Counted from the first letter of the stretch, positions 51,235 to 60,839 are shown. The stretch is DNA of 60,999 nt from Acidimicrobiia bacterium (GCA_025922945.1 JAICGW010000001.1:1-60999), one strand, 5' to 3'. Notes: generated from the sequence alone by a model not told the origin. Numbers and translations are program-made.

Positions 51235-52338
51235 TTGTTGGGTGTGGCTCTTTTGGCGATATCCCTGGTCGGGTCGCCGCAATCGGAACCGGTGGTCGAG
51301 GTGATCGAGCTCACCGGTTATGTCGATGACGCCTCCCTCGGCTACGTCCGCGACTCGATCAACGATGCCGCCGAGGCGGCGAGAGAGTTGGCAATCATCC
51401 AACTCGACGCCGAGGCCGTCGTCGGCTCGGCCGCGGCGATCGACGCCACCGTCGCCCTCATCTCTGATCCACCGGTTCCGCTCGTGGTGTGGGTGGGTCC
51501 GGCCCCAGCTGTGGCCCGAGGCGGGCTCGAGGCGCTGGCGGCCGCGGCACCGCTGTCGGTGAGCTCTGACGATGCGCCCAGCATCCGCCAACTCGTCCAG
51601 GATCTCAACGGCGTTTCCCTCCGCCCGGGCGATCCCCCGCTAACGACCATCACCGACGAGGTCCCCACCGGGGTGGCGGGGGTTACCACAGTCCCGGTCA
51701 CCTTCACCCAGCCCGGTCTCTGGCATCGGTTTCTGCATCTCGGAGCCAGCCCGGAAGCCGCCTTCTTCTTTTTGGTCGCCGGGCTGACGTTGGTCGCTTT
51801 CGAATACTTCGCCCTCGGCCCGGGCTTGGCCTCGGGCGTGGCCGCCGTTTCCCTCTTCCTCGCTGCCTACGGCCTCGGCGTCATGCCCATTCGCCCTTTG
51901 GCGCTAGGCGGGGCCCTCGCTTCGGTTCTCCTCTTGGCGGTCGGGCACCAGCGGGGGGGTGTTCTCGCCTTCACCGTCCTTGCCACCGCCCTCCTCACCT
52001 GGTCGGGATTCAATCTCTCGGCCGCACCCGAGCTGGTCCCTATCGGTGGCGTCGGGGTGGTGTTCGCCGTGCTGTTGGTTCTCTTCTTCTTCCTCGTGGC
52101 GATACCGGCGGTAACCCGAGCCCGGATGTCGACTCAGACGATCGGTCGCCAGGCCTTGATCGGCCAGGAAGGAACTGCCGTGCTCGATTTCTCCCCCGAG
52201 GGATCGGTGGTCGTCAACGGGGCGCAATGGCCCGCCACCGCCCATCGGGAGGCGGCGATTCGGGCCGGGGATCCGGTCGTGGTCACCGCAGTTGCCGGCC
52301 GGGAGCTCGAAGTCGAGCCCCGCCCCGCGAAAAATTGA
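51235..52338 (+). CDS. NfeD-family membrane protein (long form)
   Basis: N-terminal ClpP-like region, central TM bundle, C-terminal OB-fold (GTAVLDFSPEGSVVVNGAQWPA...GDPVVVTAVAGRELEV). Start uncertain (TTG 51235, 51238 or GTG 51244). Confidence 0.7.
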   Translation: MLGVALLAISLVGSPQSEPVVEVIELTGYVDDASLGYVRDSINDAAEAARELAIIQLDAEAVVGSAAAIDATVALISDPPVPLVVWVGPAPAVARGGLEALAAAAPLSVSSDDAPSIRQLVQDLNGVSLRPGDPPLTTITDEVPTGVAGVTTVPVTFTQPGLWHRFLHLGASPEAAFFFLVAGLTLVAFEYFALGPGLASGVAAVSLFLAAYGLGVMPIRPLALGGALASVLLLAVGHQRGGVLAFTVLATALLTWSGFNLSAAPELVPIGGVGVVFAVLLVLFFFLVAIPAVTRARMSTQTIGRQALIGQEGTAVLDFSPEGSVVVNGAQWPATAHREAAIRAGDPVVVTAVAGRELEVEPRPAKN

Positions 52339-52380
52339 TTTGGCCTCCTGGCAAAATTTCCCTGGCGGATCTTCCCAGGG

Positions 52381-52668
52381 ATGGGTAGGTTCCGGCCCCG
52401 TCGACGGCTCATGGGAGGATTTGTGCAGCGTTTGGACGACTGGCAACTAAGGGCTCTTTGCCGGGGGAATCACGCTCACCTTTTCTTTCCACCATCCACC
52501 TTCGAGCGCAAGGACGAGCGGGAACGTCGAGAAGAGAGGGCTAAGGCCATCTGCCAGGTGTGTCCAGTGGTCGATCCCTGCGCCACCTACGCGATCAGCA
52601 TCCGCGAACCCTTTGGGATCTGGGGAGGCCTCACCGAGCTCGAGCGCCGAGAGCTATCGGCGAGCTAA
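52381..52668 (+). CDS. WhiB-family transcriptional regulator
   Basis: Four Cys (C...CxxCxxxxxC) and GIWGG turn. Confidence 0.85.
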   Translation: MGRFRPRRRLMGGFVQRLDDWQLRALCRGNHAHLFFPPSTFERKDERERREERAKAICQVCPVVDPCATYAISIREPFGIWGGLTELERRELSAS

Positions 52669-53234
52669 GGCCCGTCGCTCCCCGGCCGGCCGCCACGGTC
52701 CTGGTCCTCACGGGAGAGCCCCTAAAAGTGCTGATGGTCCGCCGCCCGCCAGGCGGTCTCTTTGGCGAAGCCTGGGTGTTTCCTGGCGGTTTGACGGAGG
52801 CGGCCGATGGGGGTCCCGAGGATGCCGACCTCATGAGGAAAAGGTCCGCAGTCCGCGAGCTGGAAGAGGAGGTGGGCCTATCGATGCCGGCAGCGGACCT
52901 TGTCTACCTTTCGCGGTGGGTCACCCCCCGCATGCTCCCTCGCCGGTACGACACCTGGTTCTTTCTGGCGACCGTGCCCGCCGAAGTCGCGGTCGCCCCC
53001 GCCAGCGACGAGGTCACCGACGCCGTCTTCGTGGCCCCGGTCACCGCCCTCGCCGCACATCAAGCCCAGCAATGGAAGCTGCTTCTTCCCACCCTCGCTC
53101 ACCTCCGCTGGCTGACCCGTCACCATTCGCCGCGAGACGCGCTGGCCGCCGCCAGAACCCACGCCACCGCTGAGCCCCTCGAGCCCCAGCTCACCGACGA
53201 CGGCTCCTTCGTCACTCCGGAGCTGCCGTGGTGA
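52560..53234 (+). CDS. NUDIX hydrolase
   Basis: Nudix box GG...x...AVRELEEEVGL. No ATG/GTG/TTG lies between the whiB stop and the first conserved strand. Coordinates use GTG 52560, which overlaps whiB by 109 nt; start uncertain. Confidence 0.65.
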   Translation: MSSGRSLRHLRDQHPRTLWDLGRPHRARAPRAIGELRPVAPRPAATVLVLTGEPLKVLMVRRPPGGLFGEAWVFPGGLTEAADGGPEDADLMRKRSAVRELEEEVGLSMPAADLVYLSRWVTPRMLPRRYDTWFFLATVPAEVAVAPASDEVTDAVFVAPVTALAAHQAQQWKLLLPTLAHLRWLTRHHSPRDALAAARTHATAEPLEPQLTDDGSFVTPELPW

Positions 53235-53968
53235 GCGAACTGCGAATCGATCGGGTGCTGGCTCCAAATCCCGGTCCCTTCACACTGACGGGTACCAACA
53301 CCTGGATCGCCTCCTTCGGCAAGGAGGCGATCGTCATCGATCCGGGACCGCGACTCGCCGATCACGAAGCCGCCATTGTCCGGGGCCTGGAGGAACGGAG
53401 ACCCTCGGGGATCCTCGTCACCCACAACCACGAGGACCATGCGCCCCTGGCCAATCCGCTGGCCCGTCAATTTGAGATTCCTGCCTACGGCCACGCCCCC
53501 GGCCCCGACTTCGAGCCCGATCTAACCCTGGTCGAAGGCGACCGACTCCCCCTGGGCGAAAAAGAGCTGCTCGTCCTCGCGACGCCGGGACACTCGGACG
53601 ACCACTTGTGCTTTCAGATCGACCAAGTCCTTTTCAGCGGCGATCACATCATGGGCGGTTCTTCGGTGATGGTTGAGGATCTGGCTCGCTATCTCGCCTC
53701 GTTGCGCCGCCTTCGACCACTCGGGCTCGAGCGCATCTATCCCGGCCACGGGCCCGAGATCGATCACCCCGATGAGGTCATCGACTGGTATGTTGCCCAC
53801 CGGCTGCAGCGGGAGCGAGAGATCCTGGCGGCCCTGGAGGCCGGGGCGACGTCGGTGGCCGAAATTGTCGAGATCATCTACCGGGAGGTCGATCCTTCAC
53901 TTCACTCCCTGGCGGCAGTGTCGGTGGCGGCACATCTGCGGAAGCTGGAAGAAGCCGGACCTGGTTGA
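53228..53968 (+). CDS. MBL-fold metallo-hydrolase
   Basis: THNHEDH (HxHxDH) and ATPGHSDDH motifs. Confidence 0.8.
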   Translation: MVSELRIDRVLAPNPGPFTLTGTNTWIASFGKEAIVIDPGPRLADHEAAIVRGLEERRPSGILVTHNHEDHAPLANPLARQFEIPAYGHAPGPDFEPDLTLVEGDRLPLGEKELLVLATPGHSDDHLCFQIDQVLFSGDHIMGGSSVMVEDLARYLASLRRLRPLGLERIYPGHGPEIDHPDEVIDWYVAHRLQREREILAALEAGATSVAEIVEIIYREVDPSLHSLAAVSVAAHLRKLEEAGPG

Positions 53969-53982
53969 TTGTTCCCCTATAG

Positions 53983-55212
53983 ATGGATCAGACAGTTCGA
54001 AAGGGGAACGCCTCCCCTAATAACGTTGAGCCCGTGCCTGTCAGCAACGACGTCTACTCCGCCCTGCGTGGGGTGGTTGACCCCGAGTTGGGGGGAAACG
54101 TGGTTGATCTCGGCATGGTCACGTCGGTCGATATCGACCCCGATGGTCGGGTCGAAATCGGGCTCGCCCTGACCATCGCCCAATGCCCGATGCGGGGCTA
54201 CCTGGAGGGCGAGACCAGCCGCAAGATCGCCGCCCTGCCGGGGGTCTCGGAAGTTCTGGTGCGGACGACGGCTATGACTCGCGAGCAGCGGGCCAATCTG
54301 ATGTCAGGGGCGCGTCTGCGCGCCCGCGAGAACGCACACCGGACCAGAGTCCATCCGACTACCCGGGTCGTGGCGATCTCCTCAGGCAAGGGCGGGGTCG
54401 GAAAATCGACCGTTGCCGTCAACCTGGCAGTGGCTTTGGCCGGCAAAGCATTTTCTGTGGGCCTGCTCGACGCCGACATCTGGGGCTTTTCCATCCCCCG
54501 GATGCTTGGTTCGGACGAGAGGCTCTCCGCCGACGACGACACCAGGCTCATCACCCCCGCCGACGTGCAGGGGATCAAGGTGGTCTCGACCGGGCTCATC
54601 ATCGACAAGGAAGAGACCGCCCTCATGTGGCGGGGTCTGATGCTCTCCAAGGCCTTGGAGCAGTTCCTCAACGAGGTCGAGTGGGGGATGCTCGATTACC
54701 TCGTGATCGACATGCCCCCTGGGACCGGCGACATTCAGATGGCTCTGGCCAGGCTCTTGCCCCAGGCCGAGATGGTGGTGGTGACGACGCCGCAGATTGC
54801 CGCGCAAAAGGTGGCGGTCCGGGTTGCCGATATGGCCCGCCGCTCGCACATGCCGATCATCGGGGTCATCGAGAACATGTCCTCTTTTGTCTGCGACCAC
54901 GGCGAGGAGTACCCCCTCTTCGGTGCGGGGGGCGGAGCCGAATTGGCCTCGACACTGAGCGTTCCCTTGCTTGCCCAGATTCCTCTTGATCCGGCGGTGG
55001 TCACGGGAGGCGACGAGGGAGCTCCAGTTACCACCGATCGCCCGGAAACGCCGGCGGCGATGGAATTCGACCGGGCCGCCAAGCGCCTGCTCGAGCTGTT
55101 GCCTCCGGTCAACGAAGAAAACTGCACGGGGCGGATCGCGAAACTTCTCGAGCAGTTGGCCGTGTCGGAGCCCGTCGCCAGCCCTTCGTCCACCGGGGTG
55201 ACTAGTCACTGA
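53983..55212 (+). CDS. Mrp/NBP35/ApbC-family P-loop ATPase with N-terminal DUF59/MIP18 domain
   Basis: SGKGGVGKSTV deviant Walker A and DMPPGTGD. The usual CxxC reads CDHG here. Confidence 0.85.
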   Translation: MDQTVRKGNASPNNVEPVPVSNDVYSALRGVVDPELGGNVVDLGMVTSVDIDPDGRVEIGLALTIAQCPMRGYLEGETSRKIAALPGVSEVLVRTTAMTREQRANLMSGARLRARENAHRTRVHPTTRVVAISSGKGGVGKSTVAVNLAVALAGKAFSVGLLDADIWGFSIPRMLGSDERLSADDDTRLITPADVQGIKVVSTGLIIDKEETALMWRGLMLSKALEQFLNEVEWGMLDYLVIDMPPGTGDIQMALARLLPQAEMVVVTTPQIAAQKVAVRVADMARRSHMPIIGVIENMSSFVCDHGEEYPLFGAGGGAELASTLSVPLLAQIPLDPAVVTGGDEGAPVTTDRPETPAAMEFDRAAKRLLELLPPVNEENCTGRIAKLLEQLAVSEPVASPSSTGVTSH

Positions 55213-55384
55213 GCAGAACCCAAAAACGTGTCCAGACGTCGAGGGTCTCCTGATCGAAACTAGAGGGCGAACGTGCTCGGGTAAATCGACGCCGGCGTTG
55301 GCGTCGCGGCGGGCAAAAACGGAGGGGCTGGGAGGCCAATTGGGCGAGCGTGGCGGCCAGTTCGGCTGACTACCGTCAGGGGCA

Positions 55385-55463
55385 AGCTTCGGGGATCCGG
55401 TTCCCCCAACGGAACCCCGACTAACACGAGGGCCTGTTCCCCCACAGGCCCTCGTGAATTTGG
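55385..55463 (+). ncRNA. 6C-like small RNA (two hairpins with C-rich loops, the second acting as terminator)
   Basis: Hairpin 1 (55391-55419): GGGGATCCG-GTTCCCCCAA-CGGAACCCC. Hairpin 2 (55425-55456): CACGAGGGCCTGT-TCCCCC-ACAGGCCCTCGTG, followed by AATTT. The 5' end is not determinable. Confidence 0.45.
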
Positions 55464-55550
55464 AAGAAGACCCTTGGCCCTTGCCGGGGCCGATTACCGG
55501 CGACGGGAGGGGAATAGACCAAAACCGCGTCCCGTTTACAATTGAGCACG

Positions 55551-55913
55551 ATGACTCAGCTTGTTTCCATCAAATCCGCACGTCCGACCCCTGTCGTCAC
55601 CCTCACCGATGCTGCCGCGGCCAAGGTCGCCGAGCTGATCGAAGCCGAGGGCGAGGCGGGCCTGGCTCTGCGTATGGCAGTTCGACCTGGTGGATGCTCG
55701 GGGTTCTCCTACGAAATGTTTTTCGACTCCGAGATCGAGCAGGACGATGCCGTCACCGAGCACGGCGGAGTCAAAGTGATCGTCGACTCGGAGTCGGCCG
55801 ACCGCCTGCGCGGCTCGACCCTCGACTACAAGGACGGACTCATGGGGGCGGGTTTCGCCATCGAGAACCCCAACGTCACCCGTTCTTGCGGTTGCGGCAA
55901 CAGCTTCAGTTAG
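55551..55913 (+). CDS. HesB/IscA/ErpA-family iron-sulfur cluster insertion protein
   Basis: GGCSGFSY and C-terminal CGCGNSF. Confidence 0.85.
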   Translation: MTQLVSIKSARPTPVVTLTDAAAAKVAELIEAEGEAGLALRMAVRPGGCSGFSYEMFFDSEIEQDDAVTEHGGVKVIVDSESADRLRGSTLDYKDGLMGAGFAIENPNVTRSCGCGNSFS

Positions 55914-55916
55914 ACC

Positions 55917-56297
55917 TTGGCGCGTCATCTTCGCTCCGCTTCCGGAGCACCGGCGCCGGTCGGGCCATATTCAACCGCGGTTGAGGCCAATGGCTTTGTC
56001 TTCCTCGCCGGTCAAGGAGCCATCGATCCCGGCGGGGGAAGCCTTCCGGAGTCGATCGAAGATCAAACCCGACGGACGATGGACAACCTGAAGGCCGTTC
56101 TCGCTGGCGTCGGACTCGACTTCTCCCATGTCATCAAGACCTCGATCTTCCTCATCGACATGAAGGATTTCGCTGCAATGAACGCGGTATATGCAGAATA
56201 TTTCGAGGATGACCCGCCCGCCCGGACGACGGTGGCGGTGGCGGCTTTGCCCCGACCGGAGATGAAGGTCGAAATCGACATGGTGGCTGCGCGCTGA
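55917..56297 (+). CDS. RidA/YjgF-family reactive intermediate deaminase
   Basis: [23 protein letters not shown] and [11 protein letters not shown]...VEI pattern; 126 aa. Confidence 0.85.
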   Translation: MARHLRSASGAPAPVGPYSTAVEANGFVFLAGQGAIDPGGGSLPESIEDQTRRTMDNLKAVLAGVGLDFSHVIKTSIFLIDMKDFAAMNAVYAEYFEDDPPARTTVAVAALPRPEMKVEIDMVAAR

Positions 56298-57814
56298 TGG
56301 ATTCCGCTCGCGTCCTCGAAGCCCTCGGGCTCGGGGACGACAACTCGGGAGTCTTCGCCGGCGAATGGCTGGAAGGCACAGAGGGCACCATCGAGGTCCT
56401 AAACCCGGCCACCGGCGGGCGCATCGCTGCGGTGGGACAGGCGTCGACCGAGGAGTACGAGAAGGCGGTTAACGCCTCGGTGGCAGCCTTCGAAAAATGG
56501 CGGATGCTCCCGGCTCCCAAGCGGGGTGAGTACGTCCGGCAGATCGGTCACGCCCTCCGGACCCACAAAGAAGCGCTGGGGGCCCTCATCTCCCTCGAGA
56601 CGGGAAAGATCCGCGCCGAGGGCGAAGGCGAGGTCCAGGAGATGATCGACATCTGTGATTTCGCCGTTGGTCTCAGCCGCCAGCTCTACGGAATGACGAT
56701 GACCTCGGAGCGTCCGATGCATCGGATGTATGAGCAGTGGCATCCGCTGGGACCCGTTGGAGTTATCACTGCCTTCAACTTCCCGGGCGCGGTTTGGTCC
56801 TGGAATGCCGCCATCGCCGCAGTCTGCGGGGACACGGTCTTATGGAAACCGTCCTCGGAGACTCCATTGACCGCCATAGCGGTGACGAAGATTTGCCAGC
56901 AGGTGATGGCTGGGACCGGCTTCGAAGCGGTATTCGGCCTGGTCGTGGGACGGGGGGCGGTAGTCGGCGACCGCATGTTGGTTGACGAGCGTTTGCCGTT
57001 GATTTCTGCCACGGGCTCGACCAAGGTCGGCCGCCGGGTGGCGGCAGCGGTGGCGGATCGCTTCGGGAGGTCGATCCTCGAACTCGGCGGCAACAACGCC
57101 GTCATCGTGATGGACGACGCCAACCTCGAGCTGGCGGTAAGAGCGATCGTCTTTGCCGCCGTGGGAACCGCCGGCCAACGCTGCACCTCTCTGCGACGGC
57201 TGATCGTGCATGAGGCAGTGGCTGACAAATTGGTCGATCGTCTGGTGGACGCCTACAAGCAGGTGCCGATCGGTGATCCCCTCGACGCCGGGACCTTGAT
57301 GGGTCCGCTGGTGACCCAGCAAGCAATAAAGGACATGATGTCGGCACTCGAGAAGGCACAGGAACAGGGTGGGACGGTGGTCACCGGTGGAGCCGTGATC
57401 GATCGACCTGGAAACTTTGTCGAGCCCGCGATCGTCCGCATCTCTGCCGATGCCGAGATCGTTCAAGAGGAGACCTTCGCTCCGATCTTGTATGTGATCG
57501 AGGCCCGGGACCTCGACGAGGCGATCGCGATTCAGAATGGAGTTCGCCAAGGCCTTTCCTCCGCCATCTTCACCGACTCGCTGCGATCGGCCGAGCGTTT
57601 TCTCTCCGCGGTCGGCTCCGATTGCGGTATCGCCAACGTCAACATCGGAACGTCCGGTGCCGAGATCGGCGGTGCCTTTGGCGGAGAGAAAGAGACCGGC
57701 GGAGGTCGCGAGGCGGGATCGGACTCCTGGAAGCTCTACATGCGCCGCCAGACCTCGACCATCAACTGGGGTGACGACCTCCCCCTCGCCCAGGGCATCA
57801 GTTTTCAAACCTAA
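56297..57814 (+). CDS. aldehyde dehydrogenase, ALDH7 / piperideine-6-carboxylate dehydrogenase-like
   Basis: ELGGNNA, catalytic [12 protein letters not shown], and an N-terminus typical of ALDH7-like enzymes. 1-nt TGATG overlap with the ridA-like gene. Confidence 0.8.
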   Translation: MDSARVLEALGLGDDNSGVFAGEWLEGTEGTIEVLNPATGGRIAAVGQASTEEYEKAVNASVAAFEKWRMLPAPKRGEYVRQIGHALRTHKEALGALISLETGKIRAEGEGEVQEMIDICDFAVGLSRQLYGMTMTSERPMHRMYEQWHPLGPVGVITAFNFPGAVWSWNAAIAAVCGDTVLWKPSSETPLTAIAVTKICQQVMAGTGFEAVFGLVVGRGAVVGDRMLVDERLPLISATGSTKVGRRVAAAVADRFGRSILELGGNNAVIVMDDANLELAVRAIVFAAVGTAGQRCTSLRRLIVHEAVADKLVDRLVDAYKQVPIGDPLDAGTLMGPLVTQQAIKDMMSALEKAQEQGGTVVTGGAVIDRPGNFVEPAIVRISADAEIVQEETFAPILYVIEARDLDEAIAIQNGVRQGLSSAIFTDSLRSAERFLSAVGSDCGIANVNIGTSGAEIGGAFGGEKETGGGREAGSDSWKLYMRRQTSTINWGDDLPLAQGISFQT

Positions 57815-57866
57815 GGCTTAGTGCTGCGGTTTCCGCAGGTTTCTGCATTCAGAATCAGTCGTGCGC

Positions 57867-58445
57867 CTAGCCAAAGCGGTAGCCAACCGATCTGACGGTC
57901 GTGATCCACGAGGCCCGGTGTTCTCCCAGCTTGGCCCGGAGCCGTCGGACATGAACATCGACGGTGCGAGCGCCGCCGAAGTACTCATAGCCCCAGACTT
58001 TCGAGAGCAGTTGTTCCCGACTCCACACCCGGTGGGGGTGCTCGACGAAGAAGCGCAGCAGCTCGTACTCCATGTAGGTGAGATCGACCGGAGCCGAATC
58101 GAGCGTGGCCTGGTAGGTGAGGAGATTGAGCTCGAGGTCCTTGAAGTGGTGGATCTCATCGGTCCCCTCGGCCCGTGTCAGCCGATGCAGTCGTAATTCC
58201 AGCTCGGCGGGTTGTACCGGTGCGAGGATGAAATCACCGAGGCCGACCGCGCTCCCCAGCAGATCGACGTGTTCGGGCTCGGCGATCAACAGAACCGGCA
58301 GGGGATTGGTGGCGAGCAACCCTTCGATTGCTCGGAGTCGCCGCCGAGGCTCCGATCCCAGCTCAACCAGGAGAGCGGCGCTTTCTGGCGGGGGCTCGGC
58401 CTCGATCTCGGAAATGGTTCGGTACTCGATCCGCGCCCGGGCCAA
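57867..58445 (-). CDS. GlnR-like orphan OmpR-family regulator with atypical receiver
   Basis: Winged helix (LTYMEYELLRFF...VDVHVRRLRAKL...VRSVGYRF) and a receiver-like N-terminus that aligns to GlnR. Immediately downstream of glnA. Coordinates use the first canonical start (TTG 58445); the likely true start is near CTG 58496. Confidence 0.7.
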   Translation of the reverse strand: MARARIEYRTISEIEAEPPPESAALLVELGSEPRRRLRAIEGLLATNPLPVLLIAEPEHVDLLGSAVGLGDFILAPVQPAELELRLHRLTRAEGTDEIHHFKDLELNLLTYQATLDSAPVDLTYMEYELLRFFVEHPHRVWSREQLLSKVWGYEYFGGARTVDVHVRRLRAKLGEHRASWITTVRSVGYRFG

Positions 58446-58500
58446 TGCATCGAGCAGTGACTCCGAAAGATCCGGAGGAAAGGCGGCGACCGCCAGACCG

Positions 58501-59826
58501 TCAGAGAATTGGGAGGTAGGTCTCGAGCTCGAAACGGGAGACGTGGTGCTGATAGCGGTCCCACTCCTTGCGCTTGTTGCGGAGGAACCAGGAGAAAACG
58601 TGCTCGCCGAGAGCCTCGGCCATGAGCTCGGAACGCTCCATGCGATCGAGGGCATCAGCCAGAGTCTCGGGCAGCCGAGCGACGCCGGCCGCCGCCCGCT
58701 CGGAGGCGGTGAGAGCATGGACGTCGTCCTGCACTTCGGGGGGAAGCTCGTAGCCGTTACGTATCCCAGCCATTCCCGCCGCCAGCACCGCGGATAAGGC
58801 CAGGTACGGATTGGCGGCTGCATCGGGCGAGCGGTATTCGACCCGCACGCTTGAGGATTTTCCCTTCTTCGCCAAGGGCACCCGCACCAGCGCCGACTGG
58901 TTGTTGCGCGCCCAGGAGATCCAGATCGGAGCATCGAATCCAGCCACGAGCCGCTTGTACGAGTTGACCCACTGATTGGTGACGGCGGTGATCTCGGCGG
59001 CGTGGGTGAGGAGGCCGGCAACGAACTGCTGGCCGACCTTGGAAAGGCCGTTGTCCGAGCCCGGTTCGAAGAAAGCATTGCGGTCCCCTTCGAAGAGGGA
59101 GAGGTGAAGATGCATTCCCGATCCGTCGAAGTCCTCCAGCGGCTTGGGCATGAAGGTGGCATAGATGTCGTGTTCCATCGCCACTTCTTTCACGGTCAGC
59201 CGGAAGGTCATGATGTTGTCGGCCATGGTCAGGGCATCCGTGTAACGCACGATGATCTCGTGCTGGCTGGGAGCTACCTCATGATGCGAGTGCTCCACCG
59301 GGATCCCCATCAGCTCGAGAGCGTTGATGGTCTTGCGGCGATACTCCTGAGCATTGTCGAGCGGGGTGAGGTCGAAGTAGCCGCCGCGGTCGAGAACCTG
59401 GGGGTCAGGCCCGGAGTCGCGGAAGTAGAAGAACTCGAGCTCGGGGGCCACGTAAAAGTTGAATCCCATGTCGGCCGCGGTCTGGAGGTTGCGTTTCAGC
59501 ACTCCCCGGGGGTCGCCCTCGAAGGGTGCCCCGTCCGGAGTGACGATGTCGCAGAACATCCGTGCCACCTGCTGGTCCGGCCGCCAGGGAAGAATTTGGA
59601 AGGAGGCGGCATCGGGGCGAGCCAGCATGTCGGCCTCCTGCACTCGGGCATATCCGTCGATCGCCGAGCCGTCGAAGGTCATCCCTTCTTCAAAAGCCAC
59701 CTCCAGCTCGGAGGGGCTGATCGACACCGACTTCAGAAAGCCCTGGACGTCGGTGAACCAGAGACGAATGAACCGGATGCCCCGCTCCTCGACCGTCCGG
59801 AGGACGTATTCGGCTTCCTTGTTCAC
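58501..59826 (-). CDS. glnA: type I glutamine synthetase
   Basis: 441 aa. IRFIRLWFTDVQGFLKSV opening, GSGMHLHLSLF and NPYLA motifs. Confidence 0.9.
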   Translation of the reverse strand: MNKEAEYVLRTVEERGIRFIRLWFTDVQGFLKSVSISPSELEVAFEEGMTFDGSAIDGYARVQEADMLARPDAASFQILPWRPDQQVARMFCDIVTPDGAPFEGDPRGVLKRNLQTAADMGFNFYVAPELEFFYFRDSGPDPQVLDRGGYFDLTPLDNAQEYRRKTINALELMGIPVEHSHHEVAPSQHEIIVRYTDALTMADNIMTFRLTVKEVAMEHDIYATFMPKPLEDFDGSGMHLHLSLFEGDRNAFFEPGSDNGLSKVGQQFVAGLLTHAAEITAVTNQWVNSYKRLVAGFDAPIWISWARNNQSALVRVPLAKKGKSSSVRVEYRSPDAAANPYLALSAVLAAGMAGIRNGYELPPEVQDDVHALTASERAAAGVARLPETLADALDRMERSELMAEALGEHVFSWFLRNKRKEWDRYQHHVSRFELETYLPIL

Positions 59827-59845
59827 CCGAACGAGTCTATTTGCC

Positions 59846-60817
59846 CTAGAGCCAGCCGCTCTTCTTGAACCGCCGGTAGAGGACGGTGCACGCCACCACC
59901 ATCAGGGCCAACACCGCCGGGTAAGCCCAGGTCTCGTCGATCTCGGGCATATGGGTGAAGTTCATTCCCCAGATCCCGGCGAGCATCGTCGGCACCGCCG
60001 CGATGGCAACCCAGGCCGAGATCTTGCGCATGTCGTTGTTCTGGCGAACGCTGACCTGGGTGAGATTGGCCGCGAGTATCGAAGTCAAGAGGTCGTGGAA
60101 GGTCCCGATCCGCTCCACGACTTTTACCAGGTGGTCGTGGACGTCGGCGAAGTACTCCTTCAAATCGGGGTGAATCGCCGGAAACCGACCCCGGCTGAGA
60201 CGGGCGAGCGGTTCCTCCAGGGGAGCCGTGGCGGACAGGAACTGGTTGACCTCGCGCTTCAACTTGTAGATGCGCTCGGTTGGCGTCGCCGACGAGTCGG
60301 AGAAAATGGTGCTCTCCAACTCGCGGATGTCGGTATCGAGTCCATCGATGACCTCGCCGTAGTCGTCGACCACCCGGTCGAGGATGGCCAGCAACACGGC
60401 GCTCGGTCCCAGGGTCAACTCTCCGGGGTCAGACTCGAGGTGCCTGCGGACTTCGACCAGCCGCGAAGCCTCACCGTGTCTGACCGCGACCACGAAACGA
60501 CGGTCTACGAAGAGAAGGATTTCGCCCAACTCGATTACCTCTACCGGATCGACATAACGAGCCGGCTTCAAGACCACAAATAGCGTGTCGTCATAGACAT
60601 CGAGCTTGGGTCGTTGATGGGCATGGATGGCGTCCTCCACCGCCAGCTCATGCAAACCAAACTCCTCCCGCACCGATTCGAACTCCTCCTCGGTGGGTTC
60701 GTGGAGCCCGATCCAACAGAACGTGTCGCCGCCCTCGCATTGCTCGAGCGATTTCTCCAAAGCGAAGGGCTCGGCCCGGCGCTTGCCATCGGTATAGAGG
60801 GCGGCGTCGACGATCAC
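59846..60817 (-). CDS. corA: CorA-family magnesium/cobalt transporter
   Basis: GMNF signature (IWGMNFTHMPE) followed by the final TM segment; 323 aa. Confidence 0.9.
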   Translation of the reverse strand: MIVDAALYTDGKRRAEPFALEKSLEQCEGGDTFCWIGLHEPTEEEFESVREEFGLHELAVEDAIHAHQRPKLDVYDDTLFVVLKPARYVDPVEVIELGEILLFVDRRFVVAVRHGEASRLVEVRRHLESDPGELTLGPSAVLLAILDRVVDDYGEVIDGLDTDIRELESTIFSDSSATPTERIYKLKREVNQFLSATAPLEEPLARLSRGRFPAIHPDLKEYFADVHDHLVKVVERIGTFHDLLTSILAANLTQVSVRQNNDMRKISAWVAIAAVPTMLAGIWGMNFTHMPEIDETWAYPAVLALMVVACTVLYRRFKKSGWL

Positions 60818-60839
60818 TGGCTAAAGGTAGCTCGCGGCT

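Noticed and set aside
55260-55445. 61-aa minus-strand ORF in the mrp-erpA gap
   Set aside because: It has no SD, a Pro/Leu/Ala-rich product and no motif. The region is better explained by + strand hairpins (6C-like RNA).
58504-59162. Upstream part of the 431-aa ORF containing the GlnR-like gene
   Set aside because: It overlaps glnA in another frame and is Ser/Pro/Arg-rich. Only the portion downstream of the glnA stop aligns to GlnR.
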